Assembly (NCBI RefSeq): GCF_000143415.4
Contig: NW_003314273.1
Coordinates: 940,074-1,004,073 of the forward strand
DNA length: 64,000 bases
Reading direction: 5' to 3'
Source of the DNA: Selaginella moellendorffii
Taxonomy: Eukaryota > Plantae > Lycopodiophyta
Positions 1 to 10,943 of the stretch are shown here, piece by piece. The notes beneath the pieces are model-generated. The model worked only from the letters and a program-made list of their open reading frames with translations. It did no database searches and was not told the origin of the DNA. The translations under genes and the position numbers were made by a program. Position 1 is the stretch's first letter. The number at the start of each line of letters is the position of its first letter.

Positions 1-1599
1 CTAAACCTGTCGAAGCTCGCGGCATAGAACTGCTGTTTTTCGGCGGGGCGGTTCGGTGGTGGCGATGTCGACCAAGTGTTGGTATCAAATGTTATCGATT
101 CGGATGACAACCCAGACTTTCTTCTCGGCCTGCGCTTTGAAAATCTGGCCGAGTCTATCTCCACCACTTTAGCACTGCTCTCGGAGCTTCTGTCTTGCTG
201 CGCAGCATCAGGAGCACTTCTGGTGCTCTCCTCCGCGGGAGGACCTCCTCCCTGAGTTTCCCATGGATGAGCAGCCATCCATCGTTCCAACCAGCTCCAT
301 TCCCAGGGGCTAGTTTCCGACTCACAGCCAAGATTGTTGGCTCCACTCTACAGAAGAATTTGCAGTGTCACGAGAGACAAATGGAAAAGCTTACTTAAGT
401 TACCTGGTGGCCATAAGCATAAGCCAACGCTCTTTCGCGCTTGAGAAGTCCGATCTGCTTTTGATCGAACTTGCACTGCAAGTCATCCACGCTTCTAGCC
501 GAGGTATCCCATCCGTCCTAAAAGAATCAAGTCAACTTTGGGACACAATGAAAACCCGGAGCACATTTACCACGGATTTTCTAGGACGGACATCTTGCTG
601 ATGCTGCTGTCGCCGGTGACGAAGCTGCTGTTGGGGCGGCAGGCCTTCGTCGGATGCACGACGTGCACGAGCACGAGCTTGAACTTTAACAAGCGCCTGC
701 ATGCAGTGGAGTGTAAGGGCAGCTTGTTTACGAACAAGATGACCGCGGAACAAAGCTTGCAACCTGACCACAGCCTTGAGAGCTCGCAGCGCTCTTCTAG
801 CCTGTAGAGAAAAACGGCAAGCTTTACAAATCGACCGATGAAGTGGTACAACTACTTACGAGATATCCTCGGAAGCCAGTCTGGATGATCACTGCGGCCC
901 ACTCTTCCAAACTCACGCATCCACGGAACGAGCCTCCAGTGCTGGTGAGACGAACCACTGCGGCCGCTGCTTGAGCAGCAGCCACGGCAGCCTCGGCAGC
1001 CGCAGCGGAGGCAGCCGCAACCGCAATTGCATGCTTGCTCTGGTCCTTTTCGAAAGAGAGGCTGTCGCTAATATCAAAGTCATGCAGAGGATGGTGGTGA
1101 CTATGGCGACGCTGATCGTCGCTCTTGCGAACGGCATCTGCTACAGCCGAGTCTTTGGCAGACGATCTTCCAAAGCTCCACCTGCGCCTCTCTCGCGGCT
1201 TCTTCTTCTGCAAAGCGAATCAACCACAAGGAATCAATACCCTCACAAAAATCCGGGAAAACGACAGCAGCAACAAGGAAACAAAGCACAAGGCGATAAA
1301 ACTCCAAACTTTTAAACACGGCGAAGAAGCGAGTATTAAAACTCTCGAGCAAGACGTTTCTGATCGTGAGATGTGAAGACCACAAAATCTGGCAGCCATA
1401 ACTTCAACAGCATAAAGGAGAAAGAAAGAAAGAAAGAAATTCAAACTTCGGTGGAATCGATGGGATTGGAATCACTTACACTGGACTCCTCGCTCTTGCG
1501 TTCTTCAAACGAAGAGATCTTCTCCTTGGAGGACGAAGACGAGGACTTGCTCGACTTGACTCCAATGAAGCTCAAAAACCACCGGCTAGATTTGCCCAT
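1..1599 (-). CDS. IQD: IQ67-domain (IQD) calmodulin-binding protein, multi-exon, 3' end runs off window
   Basis: ATG at 1599 gives [15 protein letters not shown]. Exon 2 (1207-860) has [44 protein letters not shown] and [16 protein letters not shown]. After the conserved phase-0 intron, exon 3 (from 801) reads [27 protein letters not shown]. Later exons have GWD and WSWLERWM motifs. GT-AG introns. Confidence 0.93.
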
Positions 1600-2105
1600 T
1601 CTTGTCTCTCACAGGAGCATCACCTAAGCGAGAAGATCACACAGCAAAGTCAACCCTAGTACAAGGAAGAAGAGAGGACACAAGATCACGGGAATGCATG
1701 CCTCCCGTGATCTCACTGTACGAAGATCAAGCCGAGAAAGAGGAGCTCACCTTGCGAAAGGGGGTTTTGTCCCACTGAGACTACCGAAATATCGCCAGGC
1801 GCATCGAAAAGAGCAAATGCAGCTAGAGCGCGAGCTGGCGATCAATCCAGGCAAACGATTGAGCGCGCACAACCGAGAGGAGACGAGGCCGAGAGCGCAT
1901 GTAAGCAGGAGAGTGGATTAAGAAGCTCCACCAGCGAGCGCGATGGCGATGGCGATGGCGATGGGGATGGCGATCGAGAATGGGGCGCGGCGGCGACCAT
2001 AGCTCGCGGCCTCGACCTATATGGAGGAAGAGAGAAGAGGGAAAACTGTGCCAACAGCCCGATTCGAAACTCGGCCTCACGTCCGCCGATTCTACAGCCC
2101 CGCAT

Positions 2106-2132
2106 ACGTGTCGTGACACGTCAGCGACACGT
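2106..2132. promoter_or_regulatory. Cluster of three ACGTGTC (ABRE-like) motifs upstream of IQD
   Basis: ACGTGTC 2106-2112, GACACGT 2115-2121 and 2126-2132; about 500 bp 5' of the IQD ATG. Confidence 0.4.
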
Positions 2133-2789
2133 CACTGCGCCTCCAGCGTGGAGCACCCGACGGCGCCGATTGCATCGCTGCGTGTACGCGAAATCACGGG
2201 TGTCATTAAACTGGAATTTATGATGCATTATTCCGCTTTTCTGCCGAACCAAAAAACAAAGAGAAAAAATGAAAAAATGAGGGTGTGAGGGCCAAGTGAC
2301 TCACAAGGGAAAAAAAAAAAAACCATTCAATGAGTCCATCACATTAAAACTTTTCGATTGAAGATAAGGATAGATAGAAGCAAAATCTCTCCTCCTTTTA
2401 TCTTGTGTAATAAGCTTTAGAGATCGATCGACGATGATCCATGTGAAGAGCTCCCAAATTTGTGGAGAGTTCCACACGATCATCACCACTGTTGTGAGTG
2501 AGACTTCTTCCCTTGATCAAAGCCTGCATCTTCCAAATCATCTTATGTTACAAATACAGCCTCCTGTTCTTCCCTGTTCTTCCCCAGCCCGCTTGTTAAT
2601 ACTGTAAAACTACCTGTTAATGAATAGTTGTGCTGTGCCAGTGTACAAAAAGAACCTCAATCCGGCTATCGTTTCCCTATTTTTCCAGAGCCCAAAGTCA
2701 GCCATGACAAATGCCTTAAAGACCAATCGAAAGAAGAAAAAGTGACAAACCTCGGTTGGTTTTTTTTCTCTTTGCTGTGTTGTTTGCTT

Positions 2790-4852
2790 CTAGCCATCTT
2801 CGTCTTTCTCGTCACCGTCCTCCCCTTGCTGATCGTCGTAAGCGTCGGACGCCGCACCGCCCTCGCCGGCAGTGTGCTCGCCGTCGGAGCCATCGGCCTC
2901 GGCCCTCTCGTTTCCAGCAGTTTCTTCCTCGTCACTGTCCGCGTTTGTGTGTTCCCGACTGTTTTGAGCGCTGCTTCTGTGCTCCCTTTCGTGATCAACG
3001 GATTGAGTTTGCGACGAAGGTGGCTGCCCGGCATCGTCTGTAACATATGAGAACAATTAACAGACCACAGTCTTGTTTCTTCGTCCCCGAGCATTTATTC
3101 GAGAGCATAAAACATACCACTCTCGGCTTCGTCAGACGACTCGCCGACTTGTGCTAGTGCTCTCCTGATATTCTCCTCGTGAGCCTGAAAGCCCGCGCTG
3201 TTAGAAAAAAGAAAAGCAATAACTCCGGGATGGGAAAAGCACTACCTTGGCGGCTTTCTTTGCATCTTCGAGCTTGGCCAAATCGTCATCCTCCTCCAGC
3301 TTGTCCACCTATTAAAGGCAGTGAAAAGGAAATTAATAGTAATTTCTCTGTCATTCGAATGTAAAAAAAGTAGCACAACCTCCTTCGCCAGGTCTTCTAT
3401 TGGTATAAGTCCGAGTGATGACCGCGAGCCGTTCTCAGCCGAGGATGGCCCTTTCCATCCCCGCATTTTTGGAGTACCGCCCCGTGCTTTCCCACCCGGT
3501 GATGCTACGCTACCCTTTGGCCCTCTCTTCATGCCGCGGCCCATGCCACCTCTAGCAGCTCCAGGTGGCGGGGCTTTGCGTCCTATAACTGCATTTGGAC
3601 CCTCGACCCATTTCAAGTCGCTCGGAGGCACCTGAGAGAAAATACCACAATCTCAAACTCGCATGATAAGAGCAAACGATCGCTTACTTCTTTGAGATCT
3701 ATCCATTCCCACGTCTCATTTGCGGTGTCCATGTCGTAGACAAGTGCATGACGTCCCTAAAAGACTGAGTTGGAAACAAAATGATAAGAATGGTACTCTG
3801 GTTACCGTCTCCGCATTGTAGTCGGTGATAAGAGCCTCGTAGAATGCGTTATCTTCCGGCCATCGCGTTTTAACTTTCTTCCCAATGTATGGATCTATCG
3901 AGACTTCGGCTGAATTCTCTGAAGCTTTATTCGAGGGTGGCCTCCCGGCCTTACCGCCATGTCCTTTTGAAGAGCTAGAAGCTCGCCCTTGCAGCTACAG
4001 AAAAAAGAACGAAGGTAAGTCGACAGGCAAGAGAACTGAGAAAGTTTGCCTTTTGCTTCTTTCCGCGGGGACCATTGCTTGGCCCAGGACGCTTAGAGCC
4101 GGAGGTCGATTGAACAGGACCGGTTTTGATATGTGGAGGCAGCGGAGGTGTTGGAGTCGACGACGACGGAGGCAACGCTGCCTGAGGAAGAAGCGCAGTT
4201 TTTTGCTTCTTGCGAGACTGAGTTGTTACAGGAGGCGGCGAAACCTCAGCGGAGGGCGCAATTGCTGGTGGCACCGCGGATAGTTGTCTGAAATGAAAGA
4301 AAGAATTAATTTGCAAGAGTACATGTCAAGCAAAAAAAACTTTCTTACTGGATTTGTTTGATGCTTTCATCGCTCGCAACTTTTCCCAAAAACTCCCGGT
4401 GTTGCTCGTCAGTGACGCGCAATTCTTTGCGCAAATCCGTCATCAGCCGCTCCTTTGCCTAGGACAACATCCCAAAGTCACAAGGATGAAAGAACGAACA
4501 CAAATGGAAAAAAGAAAACCTCCAACAACTCACCCAAGTGATGACCTCCGACTGAGCTCCAAACGCACGTAAAACTGCAGTGTAGGCCTCCTGCTCCAGC
4601 CGATGGATCATATGATCCACACTCCCCGAAGGCTGCGAGCTCGCGTAGATCACTCCCGTGGCAGCTCTCCCATTCCCACTCACGCGGACGCCTCGCGAGG
4701 CACGGCCGCCGGCGGAATGCGTGGGCGGCAGATCGTCGTCAGTCCCTGGGCGCAAACGCTTAGCTATAGATCGCTGCCGAGGAATCGATCGATCGACGGG
4801 AGAGGGAGAGCGAGCGCTTACCGCTACTGTCCAAGGGGTCGTCGTATTCCAT
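2790..4852 (-). CDS. EML: EMSY-LIKE (ENT domain + plant Tudor/Agenet-like) chromatin reader, multi-exon
   Basis: MEYDDPLDSSG|TDDDLPP N-terminus; ENT motif IHRLEQEAYTAVLRAFGAQSEVITW; Tudor-like [48 protein letters not shown]; acidic tail ending at TAG 2790. Confidence 0.92.
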
Positions 4853-5107
4853 GCTATGCGAGCGCCTTCCCGACATCTATCCTCGCTCAGCGCCTCCACA
4901 TTGCCCTAATCACTCCCTCCTGGGACACAAAAAGATTTCCCTTAGGTTGTGTGTAGGACGTCCTTTGCCCTGTTAATCCTTTGGGCACTCGCTCGTCTCT
5001 CCTCCAGCGCGGAGATTCGACAAACTCTCCATATCGGCCCCCCGCCGCGCCGCCACTACGCCGCCAAGTACGAGCGGCGGCGCCGCCTCAATCGCTGGTC
5101 CGCTCGA

Positions 5108-5126
5108 AAACCCTAAAACAGGCCCA
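5108..5126. promoter_or_regulatory. Telo-box (AAACCCTA) plus site II (GGCCCA) in EML promoter
   Basis: AAACCCTA 5108-5115 next to GGCCCA 5121-5126, a known paired plant promoter module. Confidence 0.5.
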
Positions 5127-5184
5127 ACGAAGCCCTAGAGAACAGGGGAGAGCTTATCTCTGTCGGACAAGCAGCATTTTTCTT

Positions 5185-6425
5185 TCATTTCACGAGTCCC
5201 AGATTGATCATTCCCCAGGCAGTGCTGGGCCATTTCTTCTCCTTGGCATTCATCTCTAGAACTCTTCCCCACGCGATCCAGGCCTCCCACGCGACGCGCT
5301 TGTCCCACGCCGTGCCCCACTGCAGCAGCCGCTCCAATCCCAGCGCCGCCTCCACCGCCGCCTCCTCAAACGCGCCCTCCAGGCAGCACAGCTGCGCTAG
5401 AACAAGATGGGGCTCGCCAATCCACGGGTTCCTCTCGCAAGCGCCGCGGAGCTTCCCCGCGATCCAATCGAACCCCTGGCGCTTGAGATCCGCGCCCACT
5501 GCCTCGAGATACAAATCCCTGGCCGCGATCTGGTCCACCGGGCGAAGAAGCTTGGAGCAGCCGTCGAAGAGGGGCGGGAGCTTCAAAGCTATGGCGGCGG
5601 GAGCGTCGCATATTCCGTTATCCTGTTCTTCCTCGTTGAGGAGCCCCTTGAGGAGGAGGCCCATGCGCGAGATCGAGCTCATCCACAGGCCGGGCTGGAC
5701 GTCGCCAGGCCAGAGCGCCCAGTAGTGATTCCCGCTGAATCGGAGCTCGCCATCGCGATTGTCGAAGAGATTGTCTTGCCAATTGTAGAGCTGATCGCAA
5801 AAATCGGCCATGGTGAGCAGCACGAACACGGCCACGATGCGTCTTGGCAGCCTCACGTCCTCGCCATTCCGGATGTTCTTCACGGTGATGAATCCATCGG
5901 GAAGTAGCAGCTTGCTTTTCTTGCCCGATCGATCGCTAGCGGCGGCCTCTTGCAGCTGATCGTCAGAAAACCTGGCAAGAACAAAGAAAGAATTGGGGGC
6001 AGAGAAAATTTCGATAGGATCGATCGCGATCTCGATCGATGTCGCGAATTTCGAATGGATTACCTGAAGAGGAGCATGTCGTGGATGAGCTCCTGCCGCG
6101 GCACGATGCAGAAGAGCTCGACCAGCTGCTCGGCCGGATCGCCGATGAGATCCTTGACGCGGCTGCGATCCACGCCCGGCTCGAAGATCGCGAGATTGAC
6201 GTAGGAATTGGAGTAGGACGAGTGGAAGAGGCCGCAGCGGCACACATCGTCGGGCGCGCCCCAGAGCTTGAGAATCCTGTAAACCTCGACCAGATGCTGG
6301 AAGAATGTGCCGTGCTTGTGAAAGCATTCCGAGGCGCCCGTGGATCTGAGCACCGAGAGCCAGTGGGGGAGCGCCGGATCGATGGCGGCGTACTCCTCGC
6401 GCAAGAAGAGCCGCGCCTTCTCCAT
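5185..6425 (-). CDS. DUF6817-like (HD-fold-like N-terminus) protein with C-terminal TPR-like helix; 2 exons (6425-6064, 5971-5185)
   Basis: HKHGTFFQHLVEVYRILKLWGA...CRCGLFHSSYSNSYVNLAIF motif. In-frame splice LLFR|FSDDQ. C-terminal NPWIGEPHLVLAQL...WGTAWDKRVAWEAWIAWGRVL...WGMINLGLVK. Confidence 0.8.
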
Positions 6426-6546
6426 TGCATGGAAGTGAAAGAATCCGCCATAGCCATTTTATGGGAGAGCATATTTTACACGGCACGTAGAATATGCTTA
6501 CTACACCGTTTTGATCCACTCAAAAGAAGGAGAACGAACGAAATAT

Positions 6547-7543
6547 TTACGTGGCTTTAGGCCATGTAGCCTGAGCAGACATGATGATCCCAACGATGAC
6601 GCCGAAGAGACCCAGCGCGCTTCCAAAGATCTCAATCACCAAAATTTTTACAAACAGCGTCGAGTTTTGAGCGTCCGAGAGAGCGCAGCTGCTGCCAATC
6701 ACTCCAACACAAATCCTGCAAGGAAAACTCGAGATCGTCAGAACTGATCCAAAACTATAAGCTCAAACTCTCGTTCCTTGTCAAGCCCCAGAAAAAGAAG
6801 AATTTGCAAGGAAGAGCTACACGAAAGGCAACAAACTTTGAGAACTTACGAAGAGCTCACAGTGAAAGCTTATAACTAAAAGCTCCAACTCTCAAGACCC
6901 AGAAGAAAAAAGAGATTTTGCAGGGAATTGAAGAACTGAGCTGTGAAACGCAACTAAAGTGGAGCTCAAACAAAAACTTTCTAGGACAAACTTAGAAACT
7001 ACGAAAAACTCACTGTGAAAGCTTACCCGCAAACAAGATTTGCAAAGCCGACGATTATTCCAGAGGCAAAGATGGAGTAGCCAGCGCGCATCGACTCCGC
7101 TGTGTGCTGGTAGTCTCGAGTGACAGACTCCAGCTTAGTCTGCAAGATGATGGCAACTATAACTCCATAGATTGCAACAGCCTCGCAAAAAATCACACTA
7201 AAACATTATGCGTGATTAGCTCTTTGAGCAACCAAAGAACAAGCAAGGAGCGCAGAAAGAAAAAAAGAAATACCTGATGAGATTCTTGGATGTGATTCTT
7301 GGAGCTTTGATCGCGGCGCCGATGAGACTGCTCCCGGTCACGTAAATCCCCCTAAAGAATTTCGAAAGATTGGAGAATTTCGATACAACTTGATCTATCC
7401 GCTAGAGATTGAAGAGAATTTACACACCAGGATGCGCCGAGCACCGAAACGCCGATGGAAATCGCAATGCCGATCGCGGCGAATGTGTAGGGCGAGATGT
7501 AGAGCAAGGCGTGGCGCCACGAGCTGCTGTCTGCGGCCCTCAT
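6547..7543 (-). CDS. VHA-c'': V-type proton ATPase proteolipid subunit c''
   Basis: [34 protein letters not shown]|[25 protein letters not shown]|[23 protein letters not shown]...[21 protein letters not shown]. Confidence 0.95.
6756..7025. repeat. Diverged tandem duplication inside the longest VHA-c'' intron
   Basis: Two units (~6756-6870, ~6871-7025) share AGCTC.AACTCTC, CCCAGAA.AA.AAG, ATTT.GCA.GGAA and ACGAA.A.CTCAC.GTGAAAGCTTA. Confidence 0.65.
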
Positions 7544-7565
7544 TGCTGCGAGCCCTAGAACACGG

Positions 7566-7639
7566 GAATATGCGTGGAATATCTTAGCTGGTTAACGGAA
7601 ATTATTTTTAACTTGAGATTTAGGGTTTAGGGGCACGTG
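7566..7639. promoter_or_regulatory. Putative bidirectional promoter elements between VHA-c'' and OSCA: P1BS-like, telo-box, G-box
   Basis: GAATATGC 7566-7573, TAGGGTTT 7621-7628, CACGTG 7634-7639; divergent ATGs at 7543 and 7916. Confidence 0.45.
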
Positions 7640-7915
7640 GCGAAATACCATAGCTCCCGTTTCAACTTCTTGGGGGGAAGAGCTTTTGTGCCTGATCTCT
7701 AGGGTTCTTTAGCTTTTCCGCGATGATCAATCGATCCCAGAGGCATTCTCAGCTCGGCCAGCGGAATCTTTCTCTTGCTGGTGGCGCGCTGCGATCTCGT
7801 AGTTAGCACGCGTAAGAATCGAGTGCTTTGTAGCTCAGCTCCTGTAGCAACTACCAAGAGTGTGTTCGCGGCAAGGGACGTTCGATCACGAGAAGCGGCA
7901 GATCGATCGTGAGCG

Positions 7916-10754
7916 ATGGCGACTCTCCAAGATCTCATGCTCTCGGCTGCGATTAATGGCGGATCCACGATCGTCTTCCTCCTCGTCTTTGCGTTCTTGC
8001 GGCTCCAGCCATTCAGCGACAGGGTTTATTATCCCAAATGGTTCATCAAGGGCGTCCGGAAGAGCGAGGATCGACCGATTAAGGCCAGGTTTGTGAACCT
8101 CGACCCCAGGGCGTATTTGCATTTCCTAGATTGGATGTGGGAGTCCATTCGGATGCCAGAGCTAGAGCTGATCGATCACGCAGGGCTGGATTCGGCGATT
8201 CTCTTGCGAATTTATCTTCTGGGGTATGCTCTTCCTTTCTCTTAGTTTTTGATCGCTCGCTTATGCCCCTTTATTTTCAGCTTAAAGGTTTTTGTGCCAT
8301 TGCTGGTTTTGTGTTTCCTCATTTTGGTGCCCGTGAATGCCACTGATACGAACTTGCGCAAGTCCTCTGGGAAGCTTTTCTCTGCCGACATTGATAAATT
8401 GTCGGTGGCAAATGTGCAAGATAGATCCGACAGGTAAGCCTCGCTCTTTCTTTTTTATTTTCTTGTATTGTTTGATCTTATAAACTTCTACTTCCGTTAG
8501 GCTCTGGGCACATATGCTATTGACATATGTGTTTACACTGTGGACGTGTTACGTGCTCCACAACGAGTACAAAACTGTGGCTTTCATGAGACTGAGATTT
8601 TTAAAGTCTCAGATGAGTCGACCGGAACAGTTCACGGTCTGTTGTTGGTTTTTGTTTGTTTTTGTGTGATCATCCTATTTCATTTCAGGTTCTTGTTCGG
8701 CAAATTCCTGACGATCCCGATGAAACTGTGGGTCTTCATGTCGACCACTTCTTTCGTGTCAACCATTATGAACACTACCTTATGTATCAGGCAGGTGAAG
8801 TTTTCTGATCATGCTGTTCTATTTTTCTTACGAAGTTTGAAATGCAGATTGTATATAATGCCAATAAGCTTGCAAAGATTGTTAAGAAGATTGAGGACAT
8901 TGAAAACAAGCTAAATTATTGTCGTATCATGGAATCAAGAAATCCTTCTTCCAGGCCTCAAATCAAGGTTTTCATCTCCCAATCAAGTAAATCAAACTGC
9001 TAATCTAGTACGTCGCTTGCAGAAAGGATTTCTCGGGATCAGAGGAGAGAAGCTTGATGCCATGAAGTTTTACACATCAGAAATAGAGAGACTTGTCGGC
9101 GAGGTAAGGCATAATATAATGTAGAACTCGGCCAATGATCGTGACTTGAGCAGGCAGCAACAGAGAAGGAAAGAATTTTCAGCGATGAAAAGGCAAAACT
9201 TCCAGTTGCATTCGTTACATTCGACTCGCGTTGGGGAGCTGCTGTCTGTGCTCAGACTCAACAAACGAAAGACCCTACGAAGTGGCTCGCGGAATGGGCG
9301 CCTGAGCCTCGGGATGTGTATTGGAGGAATCTCGCTATTCCATACATGGAGCTCTACTTTCGAAAGATCGCCATAACGGCAGCTGTCGTCGTCCTCATTC
9401 TCTTCTTTATGATTCCCGTGACGTTCGTGCAGTCACTGGCAAACATAGAAGACATTGAGCGGACTGTCAAGTTCTTAAGACCAGTAATCGAGAGGTAAGT
9501 TTTCATAACTTGTGAAACGAAGTTGACGGTTTTTCTTTGCAGGAAGTTTATAAAATCGATACTACAAGGATTTCTCCCGGGTCTAGCGTTGAAAATTTTC
9601 CTTCTCATTCTCCCCAGCGTCTTGATGATCTTGTCAAAGGTAGAGGGACATTTATCTCTGTCGAAGCTGGACAGGATGGCAGCAGCCAAGCACTTCTACT
9701 TCATGGTCTTCAACGTTTTCTTTGCCAGTGTCTTCACTGGCTCGGCATTGCAGCAGCTCAAGCTTTTCTTGCACAAATCACCCTCCGAGTAAGCAAAAAC
9801 TTCTTATCTCTAGCACGCTCTCAACGTAAGCGTGTTCCAGCATTCCACAGCTTCTAGGCGATGCCATACCACTCAAGGCCACCTTCTTCATCTCCTACAT
9901 CATGGTGGACGGCTGGGCGAGCGTGGCCGGAGAGATCCTGAGGCTCAAGCCGCTCCTCTTTTTCCACTTTCGCAACATGATGTTCGTCAAGACGGAGAAA
10001 GACAGGGAAAAGGCCATGGCCCCCGGCGGCCTCAGCCTCAACACTGCGCTTCCTCACGTCGGCCTCTACTTCTTGCTCGGCCTCGTCTACGCAGTCATCG
10101 CACCGATCATCCTCCCATTCATCGTCACCTTCTTTGGCTTCTCATATCTCGTCTATCGTAACCAGGTTGGATTCTCTTGTTTTCCTCCACTTCTCCTGTA
10201 ATCCTCGTTGCGTTCCAGGTGATCAACGTGTACCACCCGGAGTACGAGAGCGCTGGCGGCTTCTGGCCCCACATCCACAACCGGGTCGTTGCTTCCATGA
10301 TTATCATGCAGCTCACGCTACTGGGTCTTCTTTCCACGAAGCGAGCGGCCAGTTCCACTCCATTCCTCGCCGGTTTGCCAGTCTTAACCTTCATATTTCA
10401 TACGTATACCAAGCGGTGCTTCGAGTCCGCCTTTGTCAAGTTCCCTCTCGAGGTAAGTTCATAGTTTCTTCGACTGTTCTTCCGAGAGTTCTTTCTTCCG
10501 AGATACTTAACTCGATGATGCAGGAAGCGAGAGCCAAGGATTTAATCGACCAGGCCAAAGATCCCCACACCGACTTCCGGTCCCTGTTTAGAAACTCGTA
10601 CACCCATCCCGTGTTGAAAACCGAGGAGGATTTAGAGCAGGGACACCGGGATTGGCAAGAAGGCGACACTCAGCTGGTGCCGACCAAGCGTGGATCGTCG
10701 GCACGCCAGTCCAGGGCCCCCAGCGTAAACAACTCCATGACGGGTTTGTTGTGA
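7916..10754 (+). CDS. OSCA: OSCA1/CSC1 (ERD4/DUF221) hyperosmolality-gated calcium-permeable channel, multi-exon
   Basis: MATLQDL...FAFLRLQPFSDRVYYPKW; MPELELIDHAGLDSAILLRIYLLG; WLAEWAPEPRDVYWRNL; FFMIPVTFVQSLA; ATFFISYIMVDGWA; YRNQVINVYHPEYESAGGFWP. Confidence 0.96.
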
Positions 10755-10943
10755 TCCACCTAGTTATCAAACCAAAACAGCGTTGTACATAGAAACGTCA
10801 AAACCAGAGAACAAAAATAAAAACAAATGAAAGAAGCAAACGAAACGATGGCGATTCGAGTCGACTCGTGCCTTCTGTAACAACACATGATTAGACCAAA
10901 ACGAAAACGACATTCAAGTGAAGATAACTTACCGTGCTGCTAG

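Noticed and set aside
1942-1974. (GATGGC)n repeat ORFs (SPSPSP / HRHRHR)
   Set aside because: Simple repeat in the IQD 5' region, with no evidence of coding.
2628-3094. Hydrophobic antisense and alternative-frame ORFs
   Set aside because: Shadows of the acidic last exon of the EML gene.
5185-6519. 444-aa ORF as a single-exon gene
   Set aside because: Its N-terminal part is an off-frame read through the 6063-5972 intron; the conserved N-terminus is in the 6060-6425 frame.
6718-7025. Intronic C/D snoRNA pair in the VHA-c'' intron
   Set aside because: No box C (RTGATGA) found on the sense strand in either unit.
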